The notes beneath the pieces are model-generated. The model saw only the letters and a program-made list of their open reading frames with translations, did not search any database and was not told where the DNA came from. The position numbers and the translations under genes were made by a program. From a virus (lineage: Duplodnaviria > Caudoviricetes), in IMG/VR virus record IMGVR_UViG_3300036770_006429, positions 1,249-65,248 of that record: 64,000 nucleotides of DNA; one strand, written 5' to 3'. Shown here one piece after another: positions 7,800 through 17,628 of the stretch. How positions within the stretch are numbered: the stretch's first letter is position 1; every line of letters starts with the position of its first letter.

Positions 7800-8000
7800 T
7801 TAATCAATTTTTGGAACTCCGCATTCGTTGCAGGTTCTGATAATTATGAAATAATTTCCTTGATTATATAATTCCTTATCTTCTGGATTTTTGTTCCTCC
7901 AATCGGTTTTAACATATTTGGTTGGCCTGAGAATTGTTCTTTCAACATGCTTTACATTGTGACAAAAATCACAAACATCCATCTCAATTTCTCCGCTCAT
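7800..8000 (-). CDS. Small zinc-ribbon protein
   Basis: CDFC...CNEC; likely start MSGEIEMDV at 8000. Confidence 0.6.
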   Translation of the reverse strand: MSGEIEMDVCDFCHNVKHVERTILRPTKYVKTDWRNKNPEDKELYNQGNYFIIIRTCNECGVPKID

Positions 8001-8014
8001 ATTAGTATTTTTTG

Positions 8015-8097
8015 ATGCCGAGAGTGGAATCGAACCACCTACCTTTGTCTCTTGCAAATAAACGCTCACCAACGCGCTACCAATGCGCCACTCGGCT
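8015..8097 (-). ncRNA. tRNA-like RNA with distorted anticodon arm
   Basis: GCCGAG/CTCGGC acceptor, GCGC-ATTGGTA-GCGC D-arm, GGTGG-TTCGATT-CCACT T-arm; no clean 5-bp/7-nt anticodon arm. Confidence 0.65.
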
Positions 8098-8397
8098 ATT
8101 TTTAATCTCTTTTTCTATTCTTTCGAAATGTGCTACTAACTTTGTTATATTTTCATTGCATTCCGATATCCGCTCTACTTCGTCGGAAATTTTTATCTCC
8201 AAGTTTCTAATCAGCTTTTTTGCGGCATCTCCAAATGTTTTAAAAAAAAGGACATCAATTGATTGTTTTGGACATTTTTTGATTTTTCCATCTTTAAATT
8301 TAAAACAAGCAAGACCAGTATCACAATTTTCAAGTAACTCAACCTCATCAACATTATATGTTTTAGTGTTTGGGTAATAATATGTTTTATTAAACAT
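8077..8397 (-). CDS. Hypothetical protein
   Basis: 106-aa ORF whose 3' end runs into the tRNA-like RNA. Confidence 0.6.
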   Translation of the reverse strand: MFNKTYYYPNTKTYNVDEVELLENCDTGLACFKFKDGKIKKCPKQSIDVLFFKTFGDAAKKLIRNLEIKISDEVERISECNENITKLVAHFERIEKEIKNSRVAHW

Positions 8398-8404
8398 TTG
8401 TTGT

Positions 8405-8827
8405 TTATTTTTGAGAAATGAAAATCTTTAATGTTCTTCCTTCATCCTGAAATTGCAATTCAACCCTGTTATTTGGTTTCCAATTGGTATAACTGCGCCC
8501 ATGTTCATCAATAACCTCTACTCTTGTAACTTTATCCGTGGGTGAATGCGAAAGTTCACGCGCCACTTCACTTACGATTTTTTTTCCCGTTAAATCAATC
8601 ATGAAATTCTGAAGCTCAACTTTCAGTCCCGTTATATCAAGCATATCAGATTCATTGCTGTTCAAAACCTCAAATCTCATTTCCGTGTCATCATTTGAAT
8701 GTTTATACACGAAAACGTGATATTCTGATTTTAACAAACCATTCACTTTGTCATATAACTTGATTACTAATTCATTCTCCCATTCTTGGGGAACTTTAAC
8801 AAGAACAATAGGTTTTGCTGTGCTCAT
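8405..8827 (-). CDS. Hypothetical phage protein
   Basis: C-terminal VTRVEVIDEHGRSY...LQFQDEGRTLKIFI phage domain; TATCTTTG promoter at 8850-8857. Confidence 0.7.
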   Translation of the reverse strand: MSTAKPIVLVKVPQEWENELVIKLYDKVNGLLKSEYHVFVYKHSNDDTEMRFEVLNSNESDMLDITGLKVELQNFMIDLTGKKIVSEVARELSHSPTDKVTRVEVIDEHGRSYTNWKPNNRVELQFQDEGRTLKIFISQK

Positions 8828-8872
8828 TTTGTTGATTTTAAATTTTCTACAAAGATAAGCAACAATTTCATA

Positions 8873-9415
8873 TTATGCAAGCAAATCAATAGATAATATT
8901 TTTATGTTCGAATCATCTATTATTACAATTTCATTTTCCAACCATTGTGTGCTTCTCTCCCATAAAGTTCTTTTCATGTCTATATTGTCTTTGGTTGTTT
9001 GCCCCTTAACCATATAAACTACACCATCTTTATTTTTAAATGGTTTTAAATAATCCAACATATCAAAAAATCCAACCATATTGATTTGATTCGGATTCGA
9101 AAACCAACTTTTACCTAATTTATTTCTATTCAAATCTTTTATATCTTTTAATCTAATTAAACGATATATTATTGGTTTTTTAGGTATATTACCCAATTCA
9201 AAAGGATAAGGTTTTGATAAAAACAACTTAAAATCATCAACAGCACATTTTATGGCATCTTCAATTTTTTCAGCATCGTCCCAGCAAGCACTTGTCGAGT
9301 ATTCACCTTCCAAACCCCATTTTGCAATATGATATAAATCAATATCACTTATTAAGATTTTATTCTCGTTAATATATTCTTTTACAATATTTTTTATGAT
9401 TTTTTTAATGTTCAT
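8873..9415 (-). CDS. Putative ADP-ribosyltransferase-fold protein with virion-targeting leader
   Basis: IYR...LGKSW...ENEIV (R-S-E pattern); leader MNIKKIIKNIVKEYINE. Confidence 0.5.
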   Translation of the reverse strand: MNIKKIIKNIVKEYINENKILISDIDLYHIAKWGLEGEYSTSACWDDAEKIEDAIKCAVDDFKLFLSKPYPFELGNIPKKPIIYRLIRLKDIKDLNRNKLGKSWFSNPNQINMVGFFDMLDYLKPFKNKDGVVYMVKGQTTKDNIDMKRTLWERSTQWLENEIVIIDDSNIKILSIDLLA

Positions 9416-9443
9416 ATTATTAAATTATATCACAATACTAAAA

Positions 9444-9571
9444 ATAAGATTGAGGCAGGATTTCCACCTGCAAGGGGACTGATTAATGACTAACCCTCCA
9501 TTAGTTTTTACGGTATTTCGCCGACGAGCAAAGCCCCCGCATCTGCGTTTAGTTCCGCCACTCAACCTTAT
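9444..9571 (-). ncRNA. tRNA-like RNA (~128 nt) with a branched domain in place of the anticodon arm
   Basis: ATAAGGTTGAG/CTCAATCTTAT closing stem, GCG-GAACTAAA-CGC D-arm, GCAGG-TGGAAAT-CCTGC T-arm, GGGGCT...AGTCCCC stem enclosing two hairpins. Confidence 0.65.
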
Positions 9572-9591
9572 TTCGTCCGTATATAAGATAA

Positions 9592-10497
9592 TTATTTGAT
9601 ATATTTGTCAAATTCACCATCTCTTTTCATCTGCATGAACTTTTTTATTTGCTTGGGGAAAAAACCAGAATTTTTTAAATCATATTCATTCACATGGAAC
9701 TCCAAGAAACTCGCCAACCAACTACTTTCATAATCCCCACGAAAATATTTTTGGACAAACTCATCGAAATCAAACTCATCATTAGGGAAATATCTTAAAT
9801 TTCTGCTTCTTTCGGCATCAATTTTTAATTTTTTTATAAATTCTTTCCTGCTCATTCTCACCCAGTCGCCATTTATCCTTCTATCTTTGTGTAAAACTTC
9901 GTTGTACCACACAGCTTTTATCATATTCGGATTCAAATCACCAATATATAATGCTTGCTTTTCTGGATTATCAAATATTGTATCAGCCAATTCTGGTCTA
10001 TCTGATTTTGAGATGAAATCATATGGCGATTGTCCGGCTCTCTGCCTATTGATTAATCTTTGCTGCTCTCTTTCTTCCAAATTTTTAAATGAATGGGCAT
10101 ATTCGCCTTGAATAAAATAACTCCTACCGCCAACCCAAACTGGTGCTTCCAAATCACTAACCTTTGTCGAAAATTCAATTATAACGCCACTATGAGCAAA
10201 ACCACCACGTTTAATTACATTAAAATCTACTGTAACAAATAATCCATAAGGATTATTCCCCATTTCATATGAGTAAATCCTTTTCGCCCTTTCTTTTCCT
10301 GATAGTCCGTTCTTTAAAACATCAACCGCATCATCAAACTTATTGAAGCCATGATAAACTCTAATTGTTTCAGTATCTTTTAAAGGCGTTTCCTTATGAA
10401 TGTCTTTGCTTTTGATATATCTGACTTCATTAAATAGGTCGCTTTCCCTCAAAACATCCCTCACCGTAGCTCTAACAAATTCTCTCAAATTCTTCAT
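9592..10497 (-). CDS. Putative ART-fold protein with virion-targeting leader
   Basis: VYHG...GLFVT...EKQ pattern; leader MKNLREFVRATVRDVLRE; TATTTAT motif at 10513-10519. Confidence 0.5.
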   Translation of the reverse strand: MKNLREFVRATVRDVLRESDLFNEVRYIKSKDIHKETPLKDTETIRVYHGFNKFDDAVDVLKNGLSGKERAKRIYSYEMGNNPYGLFVTVDFNVIKRGGFAHSGVIIEFSTKVSDLEAPVWVGGRSYFIQGEYAHSFKNLEEREQQRLINRQRAGQSPYDFISKSDRPELADTIFDNPEKQALYIGDLNPNMIKAVWYNEVLHKDRRINGDWVRMSRKEFIKKLKIDAERSRNLRYFPNDEFDFDEFVQKYFRGDYESSWLASFLEFHVNEYDLKNSGFFPKQIKKFMQMKRDGEFDKYIK

Positions 10498-10534
10498 TAT
10501 GCGAACTTTAACATAAATATTATGTCACAATCTT

Positions 10535-10867
10535 TTACATCCAATCAATATCAATCTTTCGCATCCAATATTTGTGAAATTTTATAAAACTTTTGTTGTG
10601 GTTGAAATATCTTTCCCCGGTAATAATCCACCTCAGCATAACAAACAAAGCGGTTAAAATCACATAAGGCACAATCAAAGGAATGGTGAGCCTCCACAAG
10701 AGGCCACCATTTTCACTTTTTTCTTCCTTAAAAATATAATATTCGCTTTCATTCGGAAAATTATCATTTTGCATTTTGTTAATAACCGAATGATCCAAGT
10801 CATATTCCTTAATTACATAATTTCTGAACTCGTAAGGATGCGCTTTTTTTAAATTTATTAATTTCAT
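10535..10867 (-). CDS. Membrane protein
   Basis: LWRLTIPLIVPYVILTALFVMLRWIITG TM segment. Confidence 0.65.
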   Translation of the reverse strand: MKLINLKKAHPYEFRNYVIKEYDLDHSVINKMQNDNFPNESEYYIFKEEKSENGGLLWRLTIPLIVPYVILTALFVMLRWIITGERYFNHNKSFIKFHKYWMRKIDIDWM

Positions 10868-10882
10868 AATTCACATTTTTAA

Positions 10883-11902
10883 TCAAAAAGAAAGTTTTTC
10901 AAAATCGGGCTTTATCATATTCCAAATTTTGCCTGAATAATCTTTGCCATCCAACATTGAAAACAACAAAGAAGCACAATTTGGAAAAGTAGTGTTCGCC
11001 GAATTCGCAAAAGTTTTTCTATCGGGACAATCCCTCAAAGACTCGAACGCATCAAGTGCGCCCGCCTCTATAACGGAATATTGCGTAAGCAAATCTTCTT
11101 TCACCTTTCTTACCGAATCGTAAAACTCATCAGGAACATTGTTCAATATTTCATCAAATGGCAAACCATCCTTCAGGTATTCCCATATGGTTAAAGTCGA
11201 AACATTGGTCAATATCCGGTGCAAGCGAACATATTCATCGCCTTTGATTTTAACCCTAAAACCATTTGAGAAACGAACAACATAACCTTCTCTGTTGGAT
11301 TCTATTGCAGATGTATTCAATAGTTCCTTCAAGTTCTTATTGTTATGCTTTTCAACGGTCCTGAAGCCTTTTGGCCACTCAGAATATGGCATTTCATAAC
11401 CATCAGATGTTCTTATCACTCCGATTAAAACCATATCCTCGAAATCGTATCGGCAGACAATTACGTTCTCATCGTATATGATTTCAAACATATAGGTATA
11501 AGCAGGGTCAAACTTGTGATACAAGTTCAAAGAATCCAACATGGCTTTACCTCTTATCGCTTGTTCGGATTTGAAGGAACCTCTGGTTGCCAAGTGCCAA
11601 TCACCAGAATAATAAAACAATATGCCAGCCGAGCCATCCATTTTTTCAAAAACCTCGAATGGCAAATTGGGTATTTCTTCTGGTCTATGCTCAGAGAAGT
11701 TAAAGAACTTCGGAAATGGACGCGCAACAATGACATCACCAGACATTACCAAACCCCTGCATGTTAATGTAACATTATCCCAAAACTTTTCATATTGAGT
11801 TTTGGGGGTATAATTGTAAATGGACAAATCAAGATTTTCATGGGTTTGAAAATCTATTAAACCATTATCCACATACCGCATTAATATATCCTTGGTTATC
11901 AT
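10883..11902 (-). CDS. T4 Rnl1-like RNA ligase
   Basis: IYNY, CRGLV, PFPKFFN, EKMDGS (motif I), FEII, EGYVV, RVKIKGDEY. Confidence 0.93.
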   Translation of the reverse strand: MITKDILMRYVDNGLIDFQTHENLDLSIYNYTPKTQYEKFWDNVTLTCRGLVMSGDVIVARPFPKFFNFSEHRPEEIPNLPFEVFEKMDGSAGILFYYSGDWHLATRGSFKSEQAIRGKAMLDSLNLYHKFDPAYTYMFEIIYDENVIVCRYDFEDMVLIGVIRTSDGYEMPYSEWPKGFRTVEKHNNKNLKELLNTSAIESNREGYVVRFSNGFRVKIKGDEYVRLHRILTNVSTLTIWEYLKDGLPFDEILNNVPDEFYDSVRKVKEDLLTQYSVIEAGALDAFESLRDCPDRKTFANSANTTFPNCASLLFSMLDGKDYSGKIWNMIKPDFEKLSF

Positions 11903-12282
11903 AGCATTATTTCGAATCTGCTTTTCATTTTTGTTAATACATCATCAGGTACATTATGTTCGTTAATTCCACCATGCCTATTCTCAACAATGATTGAGAA
12001 AACTATGTAGTTATGTTCTTTCGCAAGCTCAATATAATTTTTAAATTCCCATTTGCGAGTAAACGTGTTTGAAACTGCAACTTTTTCATTGCCATCAATC
12101 ATCGCATTCATGACTTGGTTATAGCACCAATCGTGAGCATCGCGTATTTTTTCTGGAACAAAGTTATATCCATTTTCGGTTGTAAAAAACATATCTGCTT
12201 CGAAATGTGGGCAATCCAAACTTTTCGCAAATGTGCTTTTTCCAGAACCGGGTAAACCTCTGACAATATATAATATTTTCAT
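11899..12282 (-). CDS. Polynucleotide-kinase-like P-loop kinase (AAA_33)
   Basis: RGLPGSGKST Walker A; EAD; VSNTF; HNVP. Confidence 0.85.
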   Translation of the reverse strand: MKILYIVRGLPGSGKSTFAKSLDCPHFEADMFFTTENGYNFVPEKIRDAHDWCYNQVMNAMIDGNEKVAVSNTFTRKWEFKNYIELAKEHNYIVFSIIVENRHGGINEHNVPDDVLTKMKSRFEIML

Positions 12283-12908
12283 ATGTGGTGATCTTTTGGT
12301 AATATAAGGTTTTTAATTTTGTTATATCTAAGCATCTCAAAAACATCATCTAGCAATATGGGTTTCAAATCGTTCCCGTCAATTCCAACATCCATATACC
12401 GACCATCAGAAACTCTTAATTCTTTTGATAGGTGAGTATGCCCATGCAAATGGAAAACCCCCCGACCCATGCTAGGCCAAGAGAAAACTGGAAGGTGCGA
12501 AATGAAAAATTGATAAGTTTTTCCTTCGAACTTCCTTTCCAAAACCATGCTTTCACTCACATCCGAGAACAAATTTCTAATGCCTTCCTTATTATTCTCA
12601 ATATGGTGGTCGTGGTTTCCGAGAATCAAATATATATTTTGGCAATTTATCTGTTCTCGGAATTTTCTGATATTTTCAAAGCCACCAAAAGAGAAATCAC
12701 CAAGATGGATTAATATATCATCAGTGCCAACCATGCTGTTGATATTGTTGAGGATATGGTCATTCATCTCATCCAAAGTTTGGAAATTTCTGGTAATATC
12801 CAAAATTTCCCATGTGGATGTTCCCCTGCAAATATTTGCATGCCCAAAATGTGTATCGGAACATAACCAAATCTTTCTATCTGCTTCAAATTTTGTTACC
12901 CTGTTCAT
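12279..12908 (-). CDS. Calcineurin-like metallophosphoesterase
   Basis: SDTHFGH, LGDF, GNHD, HGHTH, DVGID; promoter CAAAGATA at 12928-12935. Confidence 0.9.
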   Translation of the reverse strand: MNRVTKFEADRKIWLCSDTHFGHANICRGTSTWEILDITRNFQTLDEMNDHILNNINSMVGTDDILIHLGDFSFGGFENIRKFREQINCQNIYLILGNHDHHIENNKEGIRNLFSDVSESMVLERKFEGKTYQFFISHLPVFSWPSMGRGVFHLHGHTHLSKELRVSDGRYMDVGIDGNDLKPILLDDVFEMLRYNKIKNLILPKDHHI

Positions 12909-13144
12909 TTTATTTTGTTTTGTGCGACAAAGATATGAACCATTTTTGGTTTGAGCAACAATTAAAGCAATTTAATTTGATTGTTCTTATATTTTTCCTT
13001 TATGATAAGGGAAATGATGAAGATGAAAAATAAGAAGAGAAAACCAAAGATTAACCGCAATGCAATAACCATATTATTTTTTGATTAACATATTAAATAT
13101 TTAAGAAAAAAATATAGTTATGATAATGTAAATTAGAAGAACAA

Positions 13145-13426
13145 ATGAAGCTATATCTGATTATTTTCCTCAGTCAAGCACTTTTTAACATTTTTAAAAC
13201 ATATGAAATTAAATTTACCTATGAAAACAAAATCAATCATTTGTTGCTAAACTCCATTTGGATTAATTTGATTTCATTGGCATTGGCTTATTATTCTCTG
13301 GATAGCTTATTCAAAGGTGATTATTTTGTGATTCCTTTCTATTTGCTTGGGGGATTGGTTGGCAAATATATATCCATGAAGGGAATGAAAAATATTATAT
13401 CAACTTTTGCTAAGTTGCGAAAGTGA
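13145..13426 (+). CDS. Small three-TM membrane protein
   Basis: Hydrophobic helices with YLLGGLVGKYISM. Confidence 0.65.
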   Translation: MKLYLIIFLSQALFNIFKTYEIKFTYENKINHLLLNSIWINLISLALAYYSLDSLFKGDYFVIPFYLLGGLVGKYISMKGMKNIISTFAKLRK

Positions 13427-13460
13427 AAAAACGTTTATATCTTTGTGAAAAATATTTAAC

Positions 13461-13613
13461 ATGAAAATTTCAAACAAACATTTCTTCCCAAAAAGAATCA
13501 AGAAAAAAGTTAAAACCAAAAAACAATTGAGGGAAGAATATGATAGGGCTGTTTTGCTGATGGAGCATGTGGAAGCCGAAATAACTGATAGAAATGGTTG
13601 TGAGATGTTTTAG
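13461..13613 (+). CDS. 50-aa basic hypothetical protein (not in ORF track)
   Basis: MKISNKHFFPKRIKKK...; TATCTTTG at 13438-13445 directly upstream. Confidence 0.55.
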   Translation: MKISNKHFFPKRIKKKVKTKKQLREEYDRAVLLMEHVEAEITDRNGCEMF

Positions 13614-14176
13614 TTGTTATTTTGCAAACAATCAATTATATCTGATCTCATCAATCCACTATAATCTTTGGTTTTAAACGGTAAAAATTTATTAATTATA
13701 TCTTTTTGCACATATAATTCATTATTATTTGAATTTATATGTTTTTCGATATAATATTTGTAAAATCTATCTTTTTTATCGAATTTGTCCCCCATTGCCT
13801 CATATCTTAATTCAACAACGTTTGGTTCTTTTTCGAGAACATCGGAAATAATTTTCATAACCGTTGCCATTATTAAAAATGGTTTGTTTAAATTGGTTAC
13901 GTTAACGGTCCACAAGTTTTCATATTTTGCAGTTCTAAAAGATATTTCCAAACCGCTTAATCCATCCAAGCACGGAGAATTCTCTGAAATGTTTTTGATG
14001 TAATCAAGGTCAACCTTCATTCTATCAATTATTTCTCCTTCTTCATTTTCTATAGTGAAATATGCAACATAACCATCTGAAGTTTTCTTTAACTCATATG
14101 GAAGTGGATTGCTTGCTTCAATCAAAATATGTTGAGAAATATTTCCAAATTGCTTCTCAGTTATTAATATTTTCAT
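13610..14176 (-). CDS. Putative internal virion protein
   Basis: MKILITEKQF...ILIE leader shared with neighbours. Confidence 0.6.
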   Translation of the reverse strand: MKILITEKQFGNISQHILIEASNPLPYELKKTSDGYVAYFTIENEEGEIIDRMKVDLDYIKNISENSPCLDGLSGLEISFRTAKYENLWTVNVTNLNKPFLIMATVMKIISDVLEKEPNVVELRYEAMGDKFDKKDRFYKYYIEKHINSNNNELYVQKDIINKFLPFKTKDYSGLMRSDIIDCLQNNN

Positions 14177-15624
14177 ATTACAAATTTGTACCTAAGTTTG
14201 GGATATTTTTCACCTAACTCTCCAGATTTAAACTGTGATTCCAATGGGGTATTTTTTATATATATGCTTTTTTCTACATTATCAAGTTTACCCAAATTTT
14301 TTAGCGAAGTACAATCCCTCACATCTACATATTTCGCGGATTCAAGATTATCCAAACTAATTAGTGATGTGCAACCCCTCAAATGTATCAAATCACCAAC
14401 TCTTTTAAGTTTCCCCAAATTTGTTAATGAAATACAATCTCCCAAGTAAAAATCTTTACCGACTTCTTCAAGTTCCCCCAAATCATTTAATTCTGGGCAG
14501 TTACTCGCATCTAAGTTTCTATCAACTCTCTCAAGAAAACTAAATGTTTTTAAAAGTGGACAATTGCTTGCTATTAAATCAACACCAACAGTCTTTAATT
14601 TACCAAAATCTATCAATAGTTTAGAGCTTGATATCTCTAATGTTTTTTCAATTTCTTGTAATTCACCCAAATTTGTTAAAGAGCAACCACGCAAATTCAA
14701 ATTCCCAGTAGAACCATTTGAAATATATATATTTAATTTTTCTTCTTGTTCTTCTATTAATATATAATCCAAATCTCCTTCTTCCATCATCTTATATAAC
14801 TTCCAATATTGTATATCCAAAAACTTATCTACATCAGATGCACCAACTTTTCGCATGGTTTTAGCCAAAAGAGTTAGAAAAGCCCAATATTTATCATTTT
14901 CATACATCAGGCTTATGATACGTTTAAAATTTTTTCTATAAACGCTATTATTTTTATAAAAAAGCAACAAACGATCGTACAAAACTTTTTTATTTATAAA
15001 TTTTAACCAATGTAAATTTTTGTTAGTAATATAAAAAATTGAAAGGAAAGAAATTAAGTTATCCTCTAATATATTTCCTTTAACATTTTCAGGATAATCA
15101 GGGGTCTGTAATGTTATTTCTTTTTCAGCTTTCTTTTCATCACCTTTAACGTAATCCCTTTTATATTCAAAAAAATAAATTGGAATATTAAGATTGGTCG
15201 CCAATCTATAGATTTCACTATTATATTTTCTATATTTAGCAGCAAAAACGTCAATTCTGGTGATATAATCAGATGCAACCAAATAAGCCTCATTCATCAA
15301 AATTCTTTCCTCATGTTCAGTCGATTTTTTCTCACCAAAAAAGTTAATTGGTATAACTTTGTATTTCTGTTTTATTTTTGAATAATCCAAGTAAATCCGA
15401 CAATCGTACCCCAAAAAAACAAATTCTTTAACTCTCGTTGTTGATAAGAAAAACATTCTACCCTTGCTGAAATATTTCTCAGACCAATCAACCAATGATG
15501 CCCTTATTTTATTCGTTTGCAAAATATTCACTAAAGATTCTTTGGAACCATAATGATATAAAACACTATCCCTTCCCTCATATATTAACCATCTTAATTG
15601 ATCCTCAGTTATTAATATTTTCAT
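14173..15624 (-). CDS. ART-like N-terminal domain plus leucine-rich repeats
   Basis: MKILITEDQL leader; LYHY...LSTTR...EHEERI; LxxLGxLxxVxxxLxLxxC repeats. Confidence 0.65.
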   Translation of the reverse strand: MKILITEDQLRWLIYEGRDSVLYHYGSKESLVNILQTNKIRASLVDWSEKYFSKGRMFFLSTTRVKEFVFLGYDCRIYLDYSKIKQKYKVIPINFFGEKKSTEHEERILMNEAYLVASDYITRIDVFAAKYRKYNSEIYRLATNLNIPIYFFEYKRDYVKGDEKKAEKEITLQTPDYPENVKGNILEDNLISFLSIFYITNKNLHWLKFINKKVLYDRLLLFYKNNSVYRKNFKRIISLMYENDKYWAFLTLLAKTMRKVGASDVDKFLDIQYWKLYKMMEEGDLDYILIEEQEEKLNIYISNGSTGNLNLRGCSLTNLGELQEIEKTLEISSSKLLIDFGKLKTVGVDLIASNCPLLKTFSFLERVDRNLDASNCPELNDLGELEEVGKDFYLGDCISLTNLGKLKRVGDLIHLRGCTSLISLDNLESAKYVDVRDCTSLKNLGKLDNVEKSIYIKNTPLESQFKSGELGEKYPKLRYKFVI

Positions 15625-16934
15625 ATTTCAAATTTTCCTTTAAATTGTGGATATAACTTTTCAAGTTCACCGGATTTAAGCAATTCTTCTAGTTTTGGTG
15701 TTTGTTTTATGATTATCTTCCCACCTACCTCTTTTAATGAACCCAAATCATTTAATGCGTTGCATTTCCCTAAAAGCAAGGAGCCACCAACCCTTTCCAA
15801 ATTCCCCAAACTCTTTAATTGCGGACAATTCCATATGGTTAACTCTTCATCAACTTCCTTTAAACTACCCAAATCAACTAATTTATTAAGCCAACGCAAA
15901 ACCAATGAACCATCTTTTACTTTTTCAAGCGAACCTAACGTTTTTACATGCTTTTCATTCAAAGAAAGGTCGCCAACAGAGCCTTTCAAAATGTAAGATT
16001 TAATGATGTTTGGTACGTCTCCATAATTAATTATATTTTTTGAATATAAATTTATATCATTAATAATATTACCACCATTCACCATTTCAATCAGTTTTGA
16101 ATACTCTTTGTTTATAAATTCATATATACTATTACTTCCACTTTTTCTAATTGTTTTTCCAAGAAAACTCAAAAGAGGTAAGTATTCTTTATTTCCTTGC
16201 ATATATTTTAAAACTTCTAAAAACGCTTCTTCGTATTGTGTTTTATATTCGTAAAAATATTTTAATTTCATTCCTAACTCTTCCTTATCTATATGTTTAA
16301 ACCAATGCAAATCACTTTGGCTTATATAAAAAATAGAAAAAAATAAAATTAAATCATCTTCACTTACCCTATATTTAACAATTCGGTTATTAAAAGATAC
16401 AGAATCGAAATCAAGTTCAATAGATTTTTTTTCATCTCCTTGTTGATAAAAGTACCTATTATCAAAAAAATAAACCGGAATATTAATTTTTTTAGATAAT
16501 TTAAGAATTTCTACCCCATAATCATAAGAGCGCTCATTTTCAATAAGAACATCAATTCTGGTGATGTAATCAGATGCCACCAAATATGGGTCATCCATTA
16601 AAATTCTTTCCTCATGTTCAACCTTATATTTCTGTCTCCCACCAAAGTAACTAACCGGAACAATTTTGTATCTTTGTTTTAGCTTTTCAGCATCCAAATA
16701 TATTCTGCAACCTTTACCACCAAAAACGTATTCTTTAATTCTAGTGGTGGATACGAAAAATAACCTTTTTTTACTAAATTTAATCTCAGCCTTAGTAGCT
16801 GATGATGATGCTCTAATCCTATTCGTTTCTAATATATCTATTAGTGAAATTTTAGTGCGATAATAATATAAAACATTACCCCTTCCCTCGGATATCAACC
16901 ATCTTAATTGATCTTCGGTTATTAATATTTTCAT
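15621..16934 (-). CDS. Tandem paralog: ART-like domain plus LRRs
   Basis: Likely start MKILITEDQLRWLISEG at 16934; VSTTR...EHEERI; LRRs; TATTTAT at 16952-16958. Confidence 0.65.
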   Translation of the reverse strand: MKILITEDQLRWLISEGRGNVLYYYRTKISLIDILETNRIRASSSATKAEIKFSKKRLFFVSTTRIKEYVFGGKGCRIYLDAEKLKQRYKIVPVSYFGGRQKYKVEHEERILMDDPYLVASDYITRIDVLIENERSYDYGVEILKLSKKINIPVYFFDNRYFYQQGDEKKSIELDFDSVSFNNRIVKYRVSEDDLILFFSIFYISQSDLHWFKHIDKEELGMKLKYFYEYKTQYEEAFLEVLKYMQGNKEYLPLLSFLGKTIRKSGSNSIYEFINKEYSKLIEMVNGGNIINDINLYSKNIINYGDVPNIIKSYILKGSVGDLSLNEKHVKTLGSLEKVKDGSLVLRWLNKLVDLGSLKEVDEELTIWNCPQLKSLGNLERVGGSLLLGKCNALNDLGSLKEVGGKIIIKQTPKLEELLKSGELEKLYPQFKGKFEI

Positions 16935-17010
16935 CCAATTTCTTTTCACCAATAAATATATCAAAATTAAACATTTTTTTGTGGAAATCATATATTTATA
17001 AATAAAAATC

Positions 17011-17628
17011 ATGCCCAAAATAACGTTAAAAGAATTCTCCCAATGGCTTGATTTTGACCCAAGTGATGTTAAGTTAGCATTATCTGAGGTTGAAAAATCA
17101 AACCCGGACGATGCTTATAAAATTTTAAGAGAATCAAAAAAACATGATGCGGCAAGGGTTGTTAGCATTATATATTTTGATTATGGTTCTCTAAAAGAAA
17201 CTCTTAAAAAATACAATAAGTCAATTCTTTCGGAACAAGCCCAACCACAATTGGGCAGACCAGAACGACTTGTATTTTCAGATTTCAAAATATATGACAG
17301 AAATACCAGAGAACTATTAACCAAAAAAGAAATGGTCTCAAAACTAAATTACTATTATCCAAAACAAGATAGGGCAACCATTGAAATCATCATTGACATA
17401 TTCTTAAACGGAAGCGATGAATTGAAACGTATTACCGATATCTATTCCAAAATGAGCAATGACATCGCAAGACAATTTTTTATAAAACTCATCAAGAAAC
17501 CGAAAGATTACTCTTATGCTCCACCAGACCCACAAATGCAATATGCCCAAAAGGCAATGGAGAAAAAGAAATTCAACAAATATGCCTTACCACCCAGCAA
17601 GAGGATTTACCATCCCGGAAAAATGTGA
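17011..17628 (+). CDS. Hypothetical late protein
   Basis: 205-aa ORF with TATTTAT at 16993-16999 upstream. Confidence 0.65.
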   Translation: MPKITLKEFSQWLDFDPSDVKLALSEVEKSNPDDAYKILRESKKHDAARVVSIIYFDYGSLKETLKKYNKSILSEQAQPQLGRPERLVFSDFKIYDRNTRELLTKKEMVSKLNYYYPKQDRATIEIIIDIFLNGSDELKRITDIYSKMSNDIARQFFIKLIKKPKDYSYAPPDPQMQYAQKAMEKKKFNKYALPPSKRIYHPGKM

